Below, piece by piece: positions 1 to 9,216 of a stretch of 32,000 bases of DNA. Under the pieces are notes generated by a model. It saw only the letters and a program-made list of their open reading frames with translations, was not told the DNA's origin and did no database searches. A program made the translations under genes and the position numbers. The DNA comes from Candidatus Saccharimonadota bacterium (GTDB taxonomy: Bacteria > Patescibacteriota > Microgenomatia > UBA1406 > GWC2-37-13): the NCBI GenBank assembly GCA_001790095.1, contig MGBH01000001.1:720001-752000 (forward strand), read 5' to 3'. Every line of letters starts with the position of its first letter. The stretch's first letter is position 1.

Positions 1-2
1 GT

Positions 3-620
3 GTTGTACAAACTGTCATCTATACCTCAACCAATAATACTCCTAACATGTATGTGTGTGAGATAAAGGATAGTGAACCAACTATTACCAATACTCCTAC
101 ACCAAAACCGACGGTTATACTACCCTCACCTATTACTGCCCCTACCTCTTCTGTCTCGTTTAATACAGACGCAGGTGTACATTGCTATATTAAAGGAACA
201 ATAAAATATAAAACAGATTCAACTGACCAACCTCTTCCAAGCACCCTTCGGATAGGAGTACGATTAAGAGAGATTAATCCCAGCACAAGAGAGCTTATTA
301 GCAGTTTAAAAGGAGAGACAGACGTCTATGACCCTGTAAATAATCAATCTTATCACTTCTTTATTGACGGATTAAAAAGAGGTAAAACATATAATGTATA
401 TGGATATATTGAAGATTATGGTAGCAATCAAGGCATCAATATTAAAAATGGATCAAACATTTTCCAGGTATTTGACTGTACAGGAGAAAAAAGCTATCGA
501 TACAGTAATGGGGAGCCCATACAGAATTTTCCTGTCTGTGATCTAAAGCCAGTCTGTGACACCATGTCAAAGATAGATAATAATGTTAATTTCAGATTAA
601 ATCCACAGGACTTTAAGTAG
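3..620 (+). CDS. 3' part of a secreted/surface protein (open at the window's 5' edge): a Pro/Thr linker followed by a Cys-containing C-terminal module
   Basis: Frame 3 is open from nt 3 (VVQTVIYTSTNNTPN precedes the Met at 48), so the track ORF 48..620 is probably the tail of a longer gene. It has a TNTPTPKPTVILPSPITAPTSS linker like those in the 2237..5158, 13305, 25491 and 28006 products. No catalytic motif recognised. Confidence 0.55.
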   Translation, partial: VVQTVIYTSTNNTPNMYVCEIKDSEPTITNTPTPKPTVILPSPITAPTSSVSFNTDAGVHCYIKGTIKYKTDSTDQPLPSTLRIGVRLREINPSTRELISSLKGETDVYDPVNNQSYHFFIDGLKRGKTYNVYGYIEDYGSNQGINIKNGSNIFQVFDCTGEKSYRYSNGEPIQNFPVCDLKPVCDTMSKIDNNVNFRLNPQDFK

Positions 621-636
621 AATCTATAAAACAGGA

Positions 637-2253
637 TTATTCTTCAAACTTAATCCTTATTTCTATTGAGTTGTTAATCGTATCTTCCTCCCCCACTGTG
701 ATCTGTAGCTTATTTATAGTATCATGAAATATCTCATTACCTTGCATACCGTAAGGTTCTTTTCCCATAGCACGAAGGACTACCATACTTTTTTGATCTT
801 TCATTAAATAAATAAAAACCACTCTGTTTTTTTTGCTTTCAGTAAAGTACCCTTTTGATCTATATTCTAGATAATAAAACTCGTTTGTATCTTTTTTTCT
901 TATCTTTATCATCCTTGGCTGTTCTGGTCCTATGAGAGTTACTGAATTGTTTGCATCCAGTAGTTTAAGCTTCTCTGTCTTTGTTACTTCGTATACCGAT
1001 GTCGATGTGGGTACCCATTTTAAAAAACGTTTATACATCCCATTCATAGAAGAATAAAGACCTGATCCTCCCATTATGTCATAAGGATTGCCATCTTCTT
1101 TGTATACACATGTTTTTTCATCAAAAGCAATCCTTTCTCCAGAACAATCAAGCGATCCTGAGTGTTCAAGTCCCAGATTATGCCCAATTTCATGTGAATA
1201 GTCTCCGGAAAAGTTGAAACCGTTTATCCATATTTTTTTCCCATTCATCTCACCCATTCCCTCCCACTTACAATAAAGATTTTTTGGGAATAGATATATC
1301 CTTCTTTGGTATTTTTTGTATGAATTAGAAAGCTTATCAACCTGGATATCTGCCTCTTTACTCCACTGACGAAAAGCACAATTACCCTCTGCGTCTACCA
1401 TATCAAAAGATAGTGTTATAGGAACCCATTCTGATGCAACTTCACCACTTAAAAATGCTTTGTTTGAGGACATAGTATAAATAAAATTACGGGTTGAATA
1501 TTTGTTTTCAAGCGAGAAAACCTCATTTTCTATCTGTTTTTTTGTATAAGGAGGAGTGTATACCGTATCACCACTACCGGGTGATTTAAAATAAAAAGGT
1601 ACCACAAGATAATCAAGAATAGTAGATGGTGTAAAGAAAGAAAGAGGATCATCAATCTGAGATAGTTCATGTGGTATATATATACGATCTCCCAAAATCA
1701 TTCCTTTTTGTATGTGTATTGTTGAGCCGGATGATATTGATTGATCAAAGTCTGTTATCATCTCGTATTCCTTCTCACTTTGAGAACCCGATAAAGATGT
1801 AAATAGTACCGTTATTTTTTTTGAAGACGTCTTACGCGATCGCCAACTATCCATCTGATACACCTTTATGATGCCTTCCAGATCTTGAACGTATTGTTCC
1901 AATAATCCTTTTTTTCTCAAAGACAAAACATAGTCTTGAGGCATCGCATTGATCTCATCCTCACTTAATAATTCAGGTTTGACGAATATGTTCTTTGGTT
2001 CTTTAGATAACAATGATATTAACTGGTTTTTTCTGGCTGTAGCTTGTTGTATGGTCAATCTTTTATTTAATAGATCTTCTTTATATACCATCATTTGATT
2101 TGGAGCGGCTTTATTATCCAAAGTCTGTCTTGATGTAATAAAGATTTTTGAAAAAATAAGATAGAAAGCTATACATATTATCCCAATAGTAAGCAAAATC
2201 AAATTTGTAGAAATACAGATAGATTTATGCATATTTTTACCTACACTTCTCAT
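637..2253 (-). CDS. Membrane-anchored metzincin-type zinc metalloprotease (shorter paralogue)
   Basis: N-terminal TM helix (LILLTIGIICIAFYLIF). HEIGHNLGLEH (HExxHxxGxxH) is encoded at 1162-1194, followed by a candidate Met-turn (YDIMGG). The N-terminal ~130 aa are collinear with the 973-aa neighbour. An alternative start is ATG 2232 (MHKS...), which would remove the 17-nt overlap with the upstream gene. Confidence 0.75.
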   Translation of the reverse strand: MRSVGKNMHKSICISTNLILLTIGIICIAFYLIFSKIFITSRQTLDNKAAPNQMMVYKEDLLNKRLTIQQATARKNQLISLLSKEPKNIFVKPELLSEDEINAMPQDYVLSLRKKGLLEQYVQDLEGIIKVYQMDSWRSRKTSSKKITVLFTSLSGSQSEKEYEMITDFDQSISSGSTIHIQKGMILGDRIYIPHELSQIDDPLSFFTPSTILDYLVVPFYFKSPGSGDTVYTPPYTKKQIENEVFSLENKYSTRNFIYTMSSNKAFLSGEVASEWVPITLSFDMVDAEGNCAFRQWSKEADIQVDKLSNSYKKYQRRIYLFPKNLYCKWEGMGEMNGKKIWINGFNFSGDYSHEIGHNLGLEHSGSLDCSGERIAFDEKTCVYKEDGNPYDIMGGSGLYSSMNGMYKRFLKWVPTSTSVYEVTKTEKLKLLDANNSVTLIGPEQPRMIKIRKKDTNEFYYLEYRSKGYFTESKKNRVVFIYLMKDQKSMVVLRAMGKEPYGMQGNEIFHDTINKLQITVGEEDTINNSIEIRIKFEE

Positions 2254-5158
2254 TTACCTTATTTTCTTCCCATATTCCTTTATTACAATAGGCACAGTTC
2301 ATATTGAGAGTCTTCCATGCATAAGAGAAATCAGGATAACAAAGAGTATCTGAGATGCAGTAATATTCTGGACAAGGATTATCAGAGGAAGAAGATTTAT
2401 TCTTTATTTCCTGCTTCCTTACATAGAGAGAAAGAGTGAGATTCTTAGGAGGATTAAATTCTATGTATGAAGTTGTATTATTGTTCCCAAATTGAACAGG
2501 AAGTCTTGAAAGAAGAGTATTGTCTACGTACACATCTATATCCATCCCCCGATGTGCACCTCCCCATTCATTGGTTGATGCTCCGATATATAACCGGTAT
2601 TTATTGTTTTTGTAGAGCTTTTTATTATTCAAGATGGTAGTATCTTGAGTAAGATTATAGTCATAAGGAAAGGATTCGATATATACTTTACCCTCTTTCT
2701 TTGCAAGATATATGTTTTGTGATCCAATGAGCACATGCTCTCCTCCATTATTTTGATATAGCTCCAGATGAACTGCCTTGACCGAATCCTTTATCTCCTG
2801 TTGATACATAGTTACTTTACTAAATGTTAGCTTTACCTGAGGTGAAAGAGTAATGGTAGGAGTGGGTGGAACAGGAGTTAAGGTAGGGGTTGGATTATTA
2901 TCATCAATAGTGATATTAAAAGTAGCAAAACCAGGAGGGGAAAACTCACAAAACATACCATTGATACTTCCTGAACATTCCCCTATCTTTGTTTGTCCCA
3001 ACAATAACATTCCTCCTCTTTTTCCTGCAACCCATGCTCTATACTTTTTTTCTTTATTTAATGTAGAAATATCTGATTCATTAATCGTTGTTTTATAAGG
3101 AATCTCTTTTTCTGGTGTATTTGCAACTACTTTATCAAATATTTGAAGCCAAGTTCCATCTAGCTGTTTTTCATCTATATAAAAATGAAGGGTTTCAGGA
3201 CGGACAGTATTATAATCAAGGGTAGCTGAAAGTTCCAAAGGAAGTAATCCTTTGTTTTCTACAGGACATATTGAAGGAAGAGGTGTCTTATCATCTCCTT
3301 GATCATTTATGCACATTTGACAATCTGCATACCATGCACATCCAAAACCTCTATTCTGGCTAGCCACGCATCCGGCCTTATTAAAATTAAATTGACCACA
3401 GTAATTTGGACAGACAAAACTCATCTTTGTACCCTTTAATGCACATCCTCCACAGGAAGTAAAATACTCACACCCATATGTACGAGTACAATCATTTGTA
3501 TGATTATTACAATAACTAACTCCTCTTGTTTCGATATATCCCTTGTTTGGAAATGGAGTCGTTTCGATTTGATTGAATAAAACTTGTACAATCCCTTGAT
3601 TATTTGTTATTTCTTTAAAAGAAATAAGCATGTTCGTATGAGTGTCATAATATGACTTTCCTACTTTGAGTGGTTTGGAAATAAGTCCGGTATTTCCGTC
3701 TTTCAACAATGCATTGATCAGAAGTACATTCTTATCCTCAAAATCAGCAAATGTGTCATAGTTAGTTGGAGTACGCATTTCAAGATATAGATCGTTATCA
3801 GAATAGAGAGGATTCTTTAATTTCAGAATTTTTCTTGGTTCAAGCGTATAATTGTTTATTGGATTTGTATTATTTATGGTTTTAGCATTCACTTCTTCAA
3901 CCAGTTTATTGCGTGTTTGAAAAATGCCGTTAACTGAACCATAGGGTGGATTTGTCGCATAACTCATAGGATCATAATAATTCCCATATTCCTCAAACGA
4001 GCATGGAGATGATGAACACTTTAATTTCCCGGCATGATTGTATCCGAGGTGATGTCCGATTTCGTGAATAAAAGTCTTATAGGCTACTTTATCTTCAGTA
4101 TTGAAGTTTGGAAACCAAATATGGAGTTTACCGTTTATATCAGGATCATGGGTCCAAGCATACCCACTGTATTTACATGAATTTTTATTAAATAAATATA
4201 TAAAATGAGAATATTCAGAATCAATTTTGAGAATTTCTCTAGATTGTTTTGCATGATAGCCATAGTCACAGGGATGATCTGTGGTATTTTCAGGAATAGT
4301 AGTCCAGTCGTATACTTTGAACGTAATCTTGATTTTGTCATTTGATATATTTTTATAATAATTTACTACTGAATTTGGGTCTGCCTGGTCGATGAGTACT
4401 TTTTCTATATCTTCTTTTGTATAGGGCGTTGTTTTATCATCGTTAAAGTTATATAGGATTACTGCATAGTTTATAGCGATTTCACTGGCTTCACCAAGAA
4501 CATTGTTATTAACAATTCTTATATTTTTGCTTTTTACAACTATATCATTGGCAATTTTCACTCCTTTTCGTATGTTAATAGATGAATTTTTTTCAAATGC
4601 AGTCACATTATCAGTATGAATGTAGTTATAAGTATTTGGCGTCTCAAGAACATATTCATATGTTACCTTTTTATTAATAAAGTCATCCATGTGTACTATA
4701 TTTAATCTTCCTGAAAGATTGTCTACATACTCCTCCATATATCCCTTTTTTTGCAGTTCTTCTACATATGATAGGTTTTGAGATCTTAACGTATTAAGCT
4801 CACCTTCACTTAGTAAGATGCCGTTACTTAATATCTCTTGGGGATTTTGTTTTAGTTGATCTAGTATCATATTCCGTCTTGCTAAAGCATTTTTTGTTGT
4901 GAGCATACCTTTTATGAGTTGTCCTTTGTATGTCATGATCTGATTTAAAGCTGCCTTTCCTTGATACGGTGTCTCAGGTCGATTGAGAATATAGCTATTA
5001 ATAAAGGCAAATCCTATAGAAAAGAAGAGAATACCGAAAAAGACTAGAAGCGTTTTTTTGTTGAGGGCTGCCTTACGAATCAAGATCTTTATGCGTGGAG
5101 AGCAATAATACACATACTCTTTTGCTTTTTCAATGACTCGCTGTAGTTCATCTTTCAT
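2237..5158 (-). CDS. Large membrane-anchored metzincin-type zinc metalloprotease with a Cys-rich module, PT linker and C-terminal Cys knot
   Basis: TM helix (LLVFFGILFFSIGFAFI). HEIGHHLGYNH is encoded at 4034-4066, followed by YDPMSY. A dense Cys cluster (CNNHTNDCTRTYGCEYFTSCGGCALKG...CPNYCGQ...CAWYADCQMC) is followed by the linker NPTPTLTPVPPTPTITLSPQ and a C-terminal CPEYYCISDTLC...CAYCNKG. Confidence 0.8.
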   Translation of the reverse strand: MKDELQRVIEKAKEYVYYCSPRIKILIRKAALNKKTLLVFFGILFFSIGFAFINSYILNRPETPYQGKAALNQIMTYKGQLIKGMLTTKNALARRNMILDQLKQNPQEILSNGILLSEGELNTLRSQNLSYVEELQKKGYMEEYVDNLSGRLNIVHMDDFINKKVTYEYVLETPNTYNYIHTDNVTAFEKNSSINIRKGVKIANDIVVKSKNIRIVNNNVLGEASEIAINYAVILYNFNDDKTTPYTKEDIEKVLIDQADPNSVVNYYKNISNDKIKITFKVYDWTTIPENTTDHPCDYGYHAKQSREILKIDSEYSHFIYLFNKNSCKYSGYAWTHDPDINGKLHIWFPNFNTEDKVAYKTFIHEIGHHLGYNHAGKLKCSSSPCSFEEYGNYYDPMSYATNPPYGSVNGIFQTRNKLVEEVNAKTINNTNPINNYTLEPRKILKLKNPLYSDNDLYLEMRTPTNYDTFADFEDKNVLLINALLKDGNTGLISKPLKVGKSYYDTHTNMLISFKEITNNQGIVQVLFNQIETTPFPNKGYIETRGVSYCNNHTNDCTRTYGCEYFTSCGGCALKGTKMSFVCPNYCGQFNFNKAGCVASQNRGFGCAWYADCQMCINDQGDDKTPLPSICPVENKGLLPLELSATLDYNTVRPETLHFYIDEKQLDGTWLQIFDKVVANTPEKEIPYKTTINESDISTLNKEKKYRAWVAGKRGGMLLLGQTKIGECSGSINGMFCEFSPPGFATFNITIDDNNPTPTLTPVPPTPTITLSPQVKLTFSKVTMYQQEIKDSVKAVHLELYQNNGGEHVLIGSQNIYLAKKEGKVYIESFPYDYNLTQDTTILNNKKLYKNNKYRLYIGASTNEWGGAHRGMDIDVYVDNTLLSRLPVQFGNNNTTSYIEFNPPKNLTLSLYVRKQEIKNKSSSSDNPCPEYYCISDTLCYPDFSYAWKTLNMNCAYCNKGIWEENKVNEKCR

Positions 5159-5214
5159 GACAGATTTGCCGTATAATAAATGATGATTGTGTTTATTGTA
5201 ATGAAACTGAAGCT

Positions 5215-5739
5215 ATGATACAACAGATTTCTCAATTTGACACGCTTATTACCAACCAATTATTCTCCCTTATCCCCCACTCTTCTTTTTTTGACTTGTT
5301 TTTTCAAACATTTTCATACATTGGGGGCTCAATGATCGTTTGGGTTGTCCTTATGTTCTTTTTAATCATATTTGAGGAGATAAAAAAACACGTATTTATT
5401 CTTTACTTTAGCCTTGGCAATGGACTCACCTGGATTCTCACCGAAATCATATTAAAAAATATTTTTATGCGCCAAAGACCGATGATCACTGATATATGCC
5501 CTACTGATTTCTCACTCCCCTCCACTCATGCCTCAACAGCATTTGCATCTGCGGTCATACTTTCCTCTTTTGACAAAAAACGAAGATATCTGTATTACTT
5601 GGTAGCATCACTCATCTCATATTCACGCATATATTTAGGATGCCATTACTTTCTTGACATAGTCGTAGGGGGGCTTGTAGGTGCAGTTATCGCTCAAATT
5701 GTACTCCATATCGATATATCCTATAGAAAGAAGAAGTAG
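5215..5739 (+). CDS. PAP2-family (acid/undecaprenyl-diphosphate type) membrane phosphatase
   Basis: All three PAP2 motifs are present in order: KNIFMRQRP (Kx6RP), PSTHAS (PSGH variant) and SRIYLGCHYFLD (SRx5Hx3D). The protein is multi-TM. Confidence 0.8.
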   Translation: MIQQISQFDTLITNQLFSLIPHSSFFDLFFQTFSYIGGSMIVWVVLMFFLIIFEEIKKHVFILYFSLGNGLTWILTEIILKNIFMRQRPMITDICPTDFSLPSTHASTAFASAVILSSFDKKRRYLYYLVASLISYSRIYLGCHYFLDIVVGGLVGAVIAQIVLHIDISYRKKK

Positions 5740-5765
5740 AATGTTCTTGAAAGTTGAACAAAGTC

Positions 5766-7106
5766 TTATATTGTTTTTTCCACGGAGTAAAATTTGACTC
5801 TATCTCCTCTAAATAGGAGGTCCAATTCTCCTACCGGTCCATTACGATGTTTGGCGATGTATAGTTTGACCATGCGTTTGCTCTGATCTAGAAGATCCTC
5901 GCTTTCATCCTCGTAATATAAAAACATGACTACATCCGCATCTTGTTCGATAGCTCCGCTTTCACGCAGATCTGCCAGCTGGGGTTTTTTCGTACCTCGT
6001 GACTCAACGGCACGGTTTAGCTGGGAGAGCGCGATCACTGGAATACGTAACTCGCGCGCAAGGTTCTTTAATCCTTGAGAGACAAATGATACTTCCTGGA
6101 CCCGGGAATCAAAACGACGCCCTGCATCTGCCAACTGAAGGTAATCAACAATAATAAGTTTGATATCGTGCTCTACTTTGAGTTTGCGTGCTTTGGTGCG
6201 CATCTCAAGTATTGATGCGCCAGGAGTATCATCGATAAAGATGGGAGCCTCGGACAACTCACCCATCGCTTGAGTCAATCTCTTATAGTCATCGTCTGAT
6301 AATTTTCCGGTCTTAAGGCGCCATGCGTCGATGTCAGCTTGGCCTACAAGCAGACGATCGACCAACTCCTCCTTACTCATCTCAAGTGAAAAAAATCCAA
6401 CTGGCGTTTTGGATTTGAGGGCCACATTGGCTGCGATATTGAGAGCAAATGTCGTCTTTCCGATACCAGGTCTTGCGGCAAGGACAAGTAGATTTGAGTC
6501 TTGCATACCAGCTAATTTATTGTCAAGCTCCGTATATGAGGTTGGTACTCCTCGCAGTTTGCCTCCAAGCTTCATAAACTCCTCCAATCGTTCAAAACTG
6601 GTGGCCAAAATTTCTTTTAGTTCGATAAAATCGCGATGGGAATGTTGTTGAGCAAGGGCAAATATCTCTGACTCTGCATTATCAAGTAGTTTCTTTACGT
6701 CTCCTTTTTCATCAAATGCCCGCTCTATAGTACGAGATCCAAGTTCGATAAGGCGTCGTTTGACAAAGTGATTCTTGACTATATTGGCATAATGTTCAAC
6801 GTAAGCTGAAGTAGGTACGCTATTTATAAGATCTGATAGATAAGAAGACCCGCCTACTGCTTTGATGTGCCCTTCATGTTGAAGTTGGTTTTTTAAAGTA
6901 ACTACATCTATCGGCTGCTGTTTTTCAAAAAGGCGCAGTGCCGCTCCGTAGATAAGTTGGTTTTCGCGTCTGTAGAAATGTTCCTCCCGTAAGAACTCAG
7001 CGACCGTATTAATGGCTGATGAATCGATCAGGATTGCGCCAAGTACCGACTTCTCCGCCTCGATGTCTTGAGGTGGGACTTTGAGAGCATCTAATGCGAT
7101 AGACAT
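5766..7106 (-). CDS. dnaB: Replicative DNA helicase DnaB
   Basis: Typical N-terminus (PPQDIEAEKSVLGAILID), Walker A ARPGIGKTTFALNIA, Walker B LIIVDYLQL, and the C-terminal IAKHRNGPVG motif. No intein. Confidence 0.95.
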   Translation of the reverse strand: MSIALDALKVPPQDIEAEKSVLGAILIDSSAINTVAEFLREEHFYRRENQLIYGAALRLFEKQQPIDVVTLKNQLQHEGHIKAVGGSSYLSDLINSVPTSAYVEHYANIVKNHFVKRRLIELGSRTIERAFDEKGDVKKLLDNAESEIFALAQQHSHRDFIELKEILATSFERLEEFMKLGGKLRGVPTSYTELDNKLAGMQDSNLLVLAARPGIGKTTFALNIAANVALKSKTPVGFFSLEMSKEELVDRLLVGQADIDAWRLKTGKLSDDDYKRLTQAMGELSEAPIFIDDTPGASILEMRTKARKLKVEHDIKLIIVDYLQLADAGRRFDSRVQEVSFVSQGLKNLARELRIPVIALSQLNRAVESRGTKKPQLADLRESGAIEQDADVVMFLYYEDESEDLLDQSKRMVKLYIAKHRNGPVGELDLLFRGDRVKFYSVEKTI

Positions 7107-7122
7107 AAGGTTTGATCTAAAC

Positions 7123-7761
7123 TCACGCTTTCAATACTATTACTTTCATCTCTTCTTCCAGTTCATCTTTTTTCACAACTAGTTTTTCACTTGGTATGAC
7201 CTGTTCTATCCCAATTTTTTTAAGGAATTGTGAAAGAGGCGCTAATTCTTTGATGGCAATTTCATCTGAACCGTAGTGCATGGGGACTACGATGGCTGGT
7301 TCGACTTTTTTGATAAGATCTATGGCCTCTTCTGCATCTATGGTATAGAAACCTCCAACCGGAACAAGCAGCACATCAACATCCCCTATCTCATCAAGAT
7401 ATGCATCATCCGGAACCACTCCTAAATCCCCACAGTGAAGAACAGATATGCCCTCAGCCTCAAATTTATACATCACATTGTCTCCTCGTTCAGCTCCTTG
7501 TTTTTTATCATGGAATGTCTTAAATCCCCATATGCGTATACCTTTTTTTTCAAACTGTCCTGGCCAATCAAATATAGTAGGTGTTCCTTCGACTCCATGC
7601 ACTTGATTGTGGTCTTTGTGATCGTGTGATACAGTGATAATATCTGCTTCGACTTTAGGAAATTTTAATCCCACCATCTTTGGATCAAAGGGATCCGTAA
7701 CAATACGAGCATCCTTGCTTTTAATAAGAAATGAAGAGTGTCCTAAGTATTTTATTTCCAT
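7123..7761 (-). CDS. Metallo-beta-lactamase-fold hydrolase (UPF0173-like)
   Basis: MEIKYLGHSSFLI N-terminus and an HDHKDH (HxHxDH) motif. The track start at 7800 is a TTG adding a hydrophobic 13-aa extension, so the ATG at 7761 is preferred. Confidence 0.8.
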   Translation of the reverse strand: MEIKYLGHSSFLIKSKDARIVTDPFDPKMVGLKFPKVEADIITVSHDHKDHNQVHGVEGTPTIFDWPGQFEKKGIRIWGFKTFHDKKQGAERGDNVMYKFEAEGISVLHCGDLGVVPDDAYLDEIGDVDVLLVPVGGFYTIDAEEAIDLIKKVEPAIVVPMHYGSDEIAIKELAPLSQFLKKIGIEQVIPSEKLVVKKDELEEEMKVIVLKA

Positions 7762-7856
7762 AAGTAGAAAAAGAATACCAAACAAAATCGTAAAATGCAA
7801 TTACGAATAGAGGTGGGTCGTGTGGTAAAATAGAAGCTGAATTATTGGTGGCTAAT

Positions 7857-7935
7857 GGTGACTGTAGCTCAACCTGGTTAGAGCGTCGCCCTGTGGAGGC
7901 GAATGTTGCGGGTTCAACTCCCGTCAGTCACCCCA
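7857..7935 (+). tRNA. tRNA-His (anticodon GTG) with encoded G-1 and encoded CCA
   Basis: Cloverleaf folded by hand. G-1 is at 7857. Acceptor GTGACTG (7858-7864) pairs with CAGTCAC (7925-7931). D stem is GCTC/GAGC. Anticodon stem is TCGCC/GGCGA with loop CTGTGGA (GTG at 7893-7895). T arm is GCGGG-TTCAACT-CCCGT. Discriminator is C7932, which pairs with G-1 as in bacterial tRNA-His. CCA is at 7933-7935. Confidence 0.9.
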
Positions 7936-7972
7936 GTTTTAATTCTTTTTTATTTCACAAGATGCGCCGATC

Positions 7973-8034
7973 GTTGCGGGCTTTGTCCCTCGAAGCCCGA
8001 AGGGCGAAGTGGGATTCAACTCCCGTCAGTCACC
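7973..8034 (+). repeat. Degenerate direct copy of the tRNA-His 3' portion (att-like scar or tRNA pseudogene fragment), interrupted by 34 nt
   Basis: GTTGCGGG (7973-7980) equals tRNA 7905-7912, and TTCAACTCCCGTCAGTCACC (8015-8034) equals tRNA 7913-7932 (20/20). The two blocks are separated by CTTTGTCCCTCGAAGCCCGAAGGGCGAAGTGGGA (7981-8014). No matching 5' acceptor strand (GTGACTG) lies upstream, so it cannot fold as a tRNA. Confidence 0.6.
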
Positions 8035-8461
8035 TCAGTTGAAGTACTAATCTTGGTTCTCCGTCACCATAATAATTATCTTTCCATTCCCTTATCTGGA
8101 AACCGTTTTTGAGATATAAGATGATTGCAGCAGTGTTCTTTGGATGAGTAACAAGCTGTATTCGACTACCTCTAACTAACTCTAGAAGTTTTTTTACGAT
8201 CAGTGTCCCATAACCCTTTCCCTGAAAACCGGGAAGAACAACGATTTGTTTCACCTCTACTTCCTCTCCACTTTTTTTATACGCAAAAACTCCTATTGGA
8301 ACATCGTCTTTATAGACAAGATATACTGTACAGTTTTTTAAGTAATCGAGAGTAGTTTTAATCGAAGTGGAGGGATAATCAAAGCTTCTGCAAAAAGCTT
8401 GAGCGTCCATTTTAAACAGAAGCTCTCCATATTTTTTAGGATTAATTTTTTTAAACTCCAT
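8030..8461 (-). CDS. GNAT-family N-acetyltransferase
   Basis: Acetyl-CoA motif A VVLPGFQGKGYGTLIVKKLLE. Size of 143 aa. KNGF near the C-terminus. Confidence 0.8.
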   Translation of the reverse strand: MEFKKINPKKYGELLFKMDAQAFCRSFDYPSTSIKTTLDYLKNCTVYLVYKDDVPIGVFAYKKSGEEVEVKQIVVLPGFQGKGYGTLIVKKLLELVRGSRIQLVTHPKNTAAIILYLKNGFQIREWKDNYYGDGEPRLVLQLR

Positions 8462-8471
8462 AGTATCTGAC

Positions 8472-9179
8472 TTATTTATTGAACTTTAATGCAAGGATAC
8501 GCGGGATTTTGACTCCGTTTTTTACTTCAGGCAGTTCTTCAATATCAAACAAACTCAATCCCGCCTTTACAAAGGGCATTATGTAATCACCCACTGTCTT
8601 CGGGTACCATGTCAGCATCACTTTATTCCACAAAGATAGCTTGGCATGTTCCAGACGACTAAAGTAATCATTTAATACCCCATACCTTGGATTGGGCTTT
8701 CCCGCAACCTGTTGTGCATAATAAAACTGGGTGTTAAATGGGTGATCGACTGCGACGATGAGGATCCCGTTTTTACCCAAGACTCGAAATGACTCCTGTG
8801 CAAATGTCGTAATTTGAGAAACATACTGCAACACCATTTTTGAGATAATCACATCAAATGATGCATCTTCAAAAGGCATTTTTTTTGCAACATCATGCTG
8901 TATAAAATCAAGATTTTTGACATTTCCATATTTCTTTCTACAAATATCAACAAACTTCTTTGAAAAATCTGTGCCTGTCACCTTTTTTGCTTTTTTTGCA
9001 AGCTCCGCGGTAAAATATCCGCTTCCACACCCTGAATCAAGTATCATTTTTTTTGCATAATCGCCCATCATGCTCAAAATAACAGGCTTAATCATTTCTT
9101 TATTCATATGGTCCCCTTCTTCCCCCATGTTTTGATTATAGAGGTTAGAGGCCGAATCCCATTGTTGAAGAGTTTTCAT
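8472..9179 (-). CDS. Class I SAM-dependent methyltransferase
   Basis: Motif I ILDSGCGSGYFT, post-I acidic residue (GTDFS) and motif II FDVIISKMVLQY. A TATAAT (9189-9194, minus strand) lies 9 nt upstream of the ATG. Confidence 0.8.
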   Translation of the reverse strand: MKTLQQWDSASNLYNQNMGEEGDHMNKEMIKPVILSMMGDYAKKMILDSGCGSGYFTAELAKKAKKVTGTDFSKKFVDICRKKYGNVKNLDFIQHDVAKKMPFEDASFDVIISKMVLQYVSQITTFAQESFRVLGKNGILIVAVDHPFNTQFYYAQQVAGKPNPRYGVLNDYFSRLEHAKLSLWNKVMLTWYPKTVGDYIMPFVKAGLSLFDIEELPEVKNGVKIPRILALKFNK

Positions 9180-9216
9180 TTTATGAATATTATACCAATT
9201 CCTGCCTAGCCGGTTG

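Noticed and set aside
2853-4341. Track ORFs 2853..3098(+) and 4135..4341(-) inside the 973-aa protease gene
   Set aside because: Both are nested within or antisense to a long ORF that has clear motifs. Their sequences are low-complexity (GVG-rich) or Leu/Ile-rich and typical of off-frame reads.
6331-6651. 106-aa ORF antisense to dnaB
   Set aside because: It lies entirely inside a highly conserved gene on the opposite strand and has no start context.
8005-8012. CGAAGTGG shared between the tRNA-copy insertion (8005-8012) and promoter cassette B (12205-12212)
   Set aside because: An 8-mer match is expected about once by chance in this amount of sequence. Flanking similarity is weak, so there is not enough to link the two loci.
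7845-8112. Track ORFs 7845..8042(+) and 7903..8112(+)
   Set aside because: They are translations of the tRNA-His gene and its partial 3' copy; the repeated QLPSVT peptide simply mirrors the DNA repeat. They are not coding.
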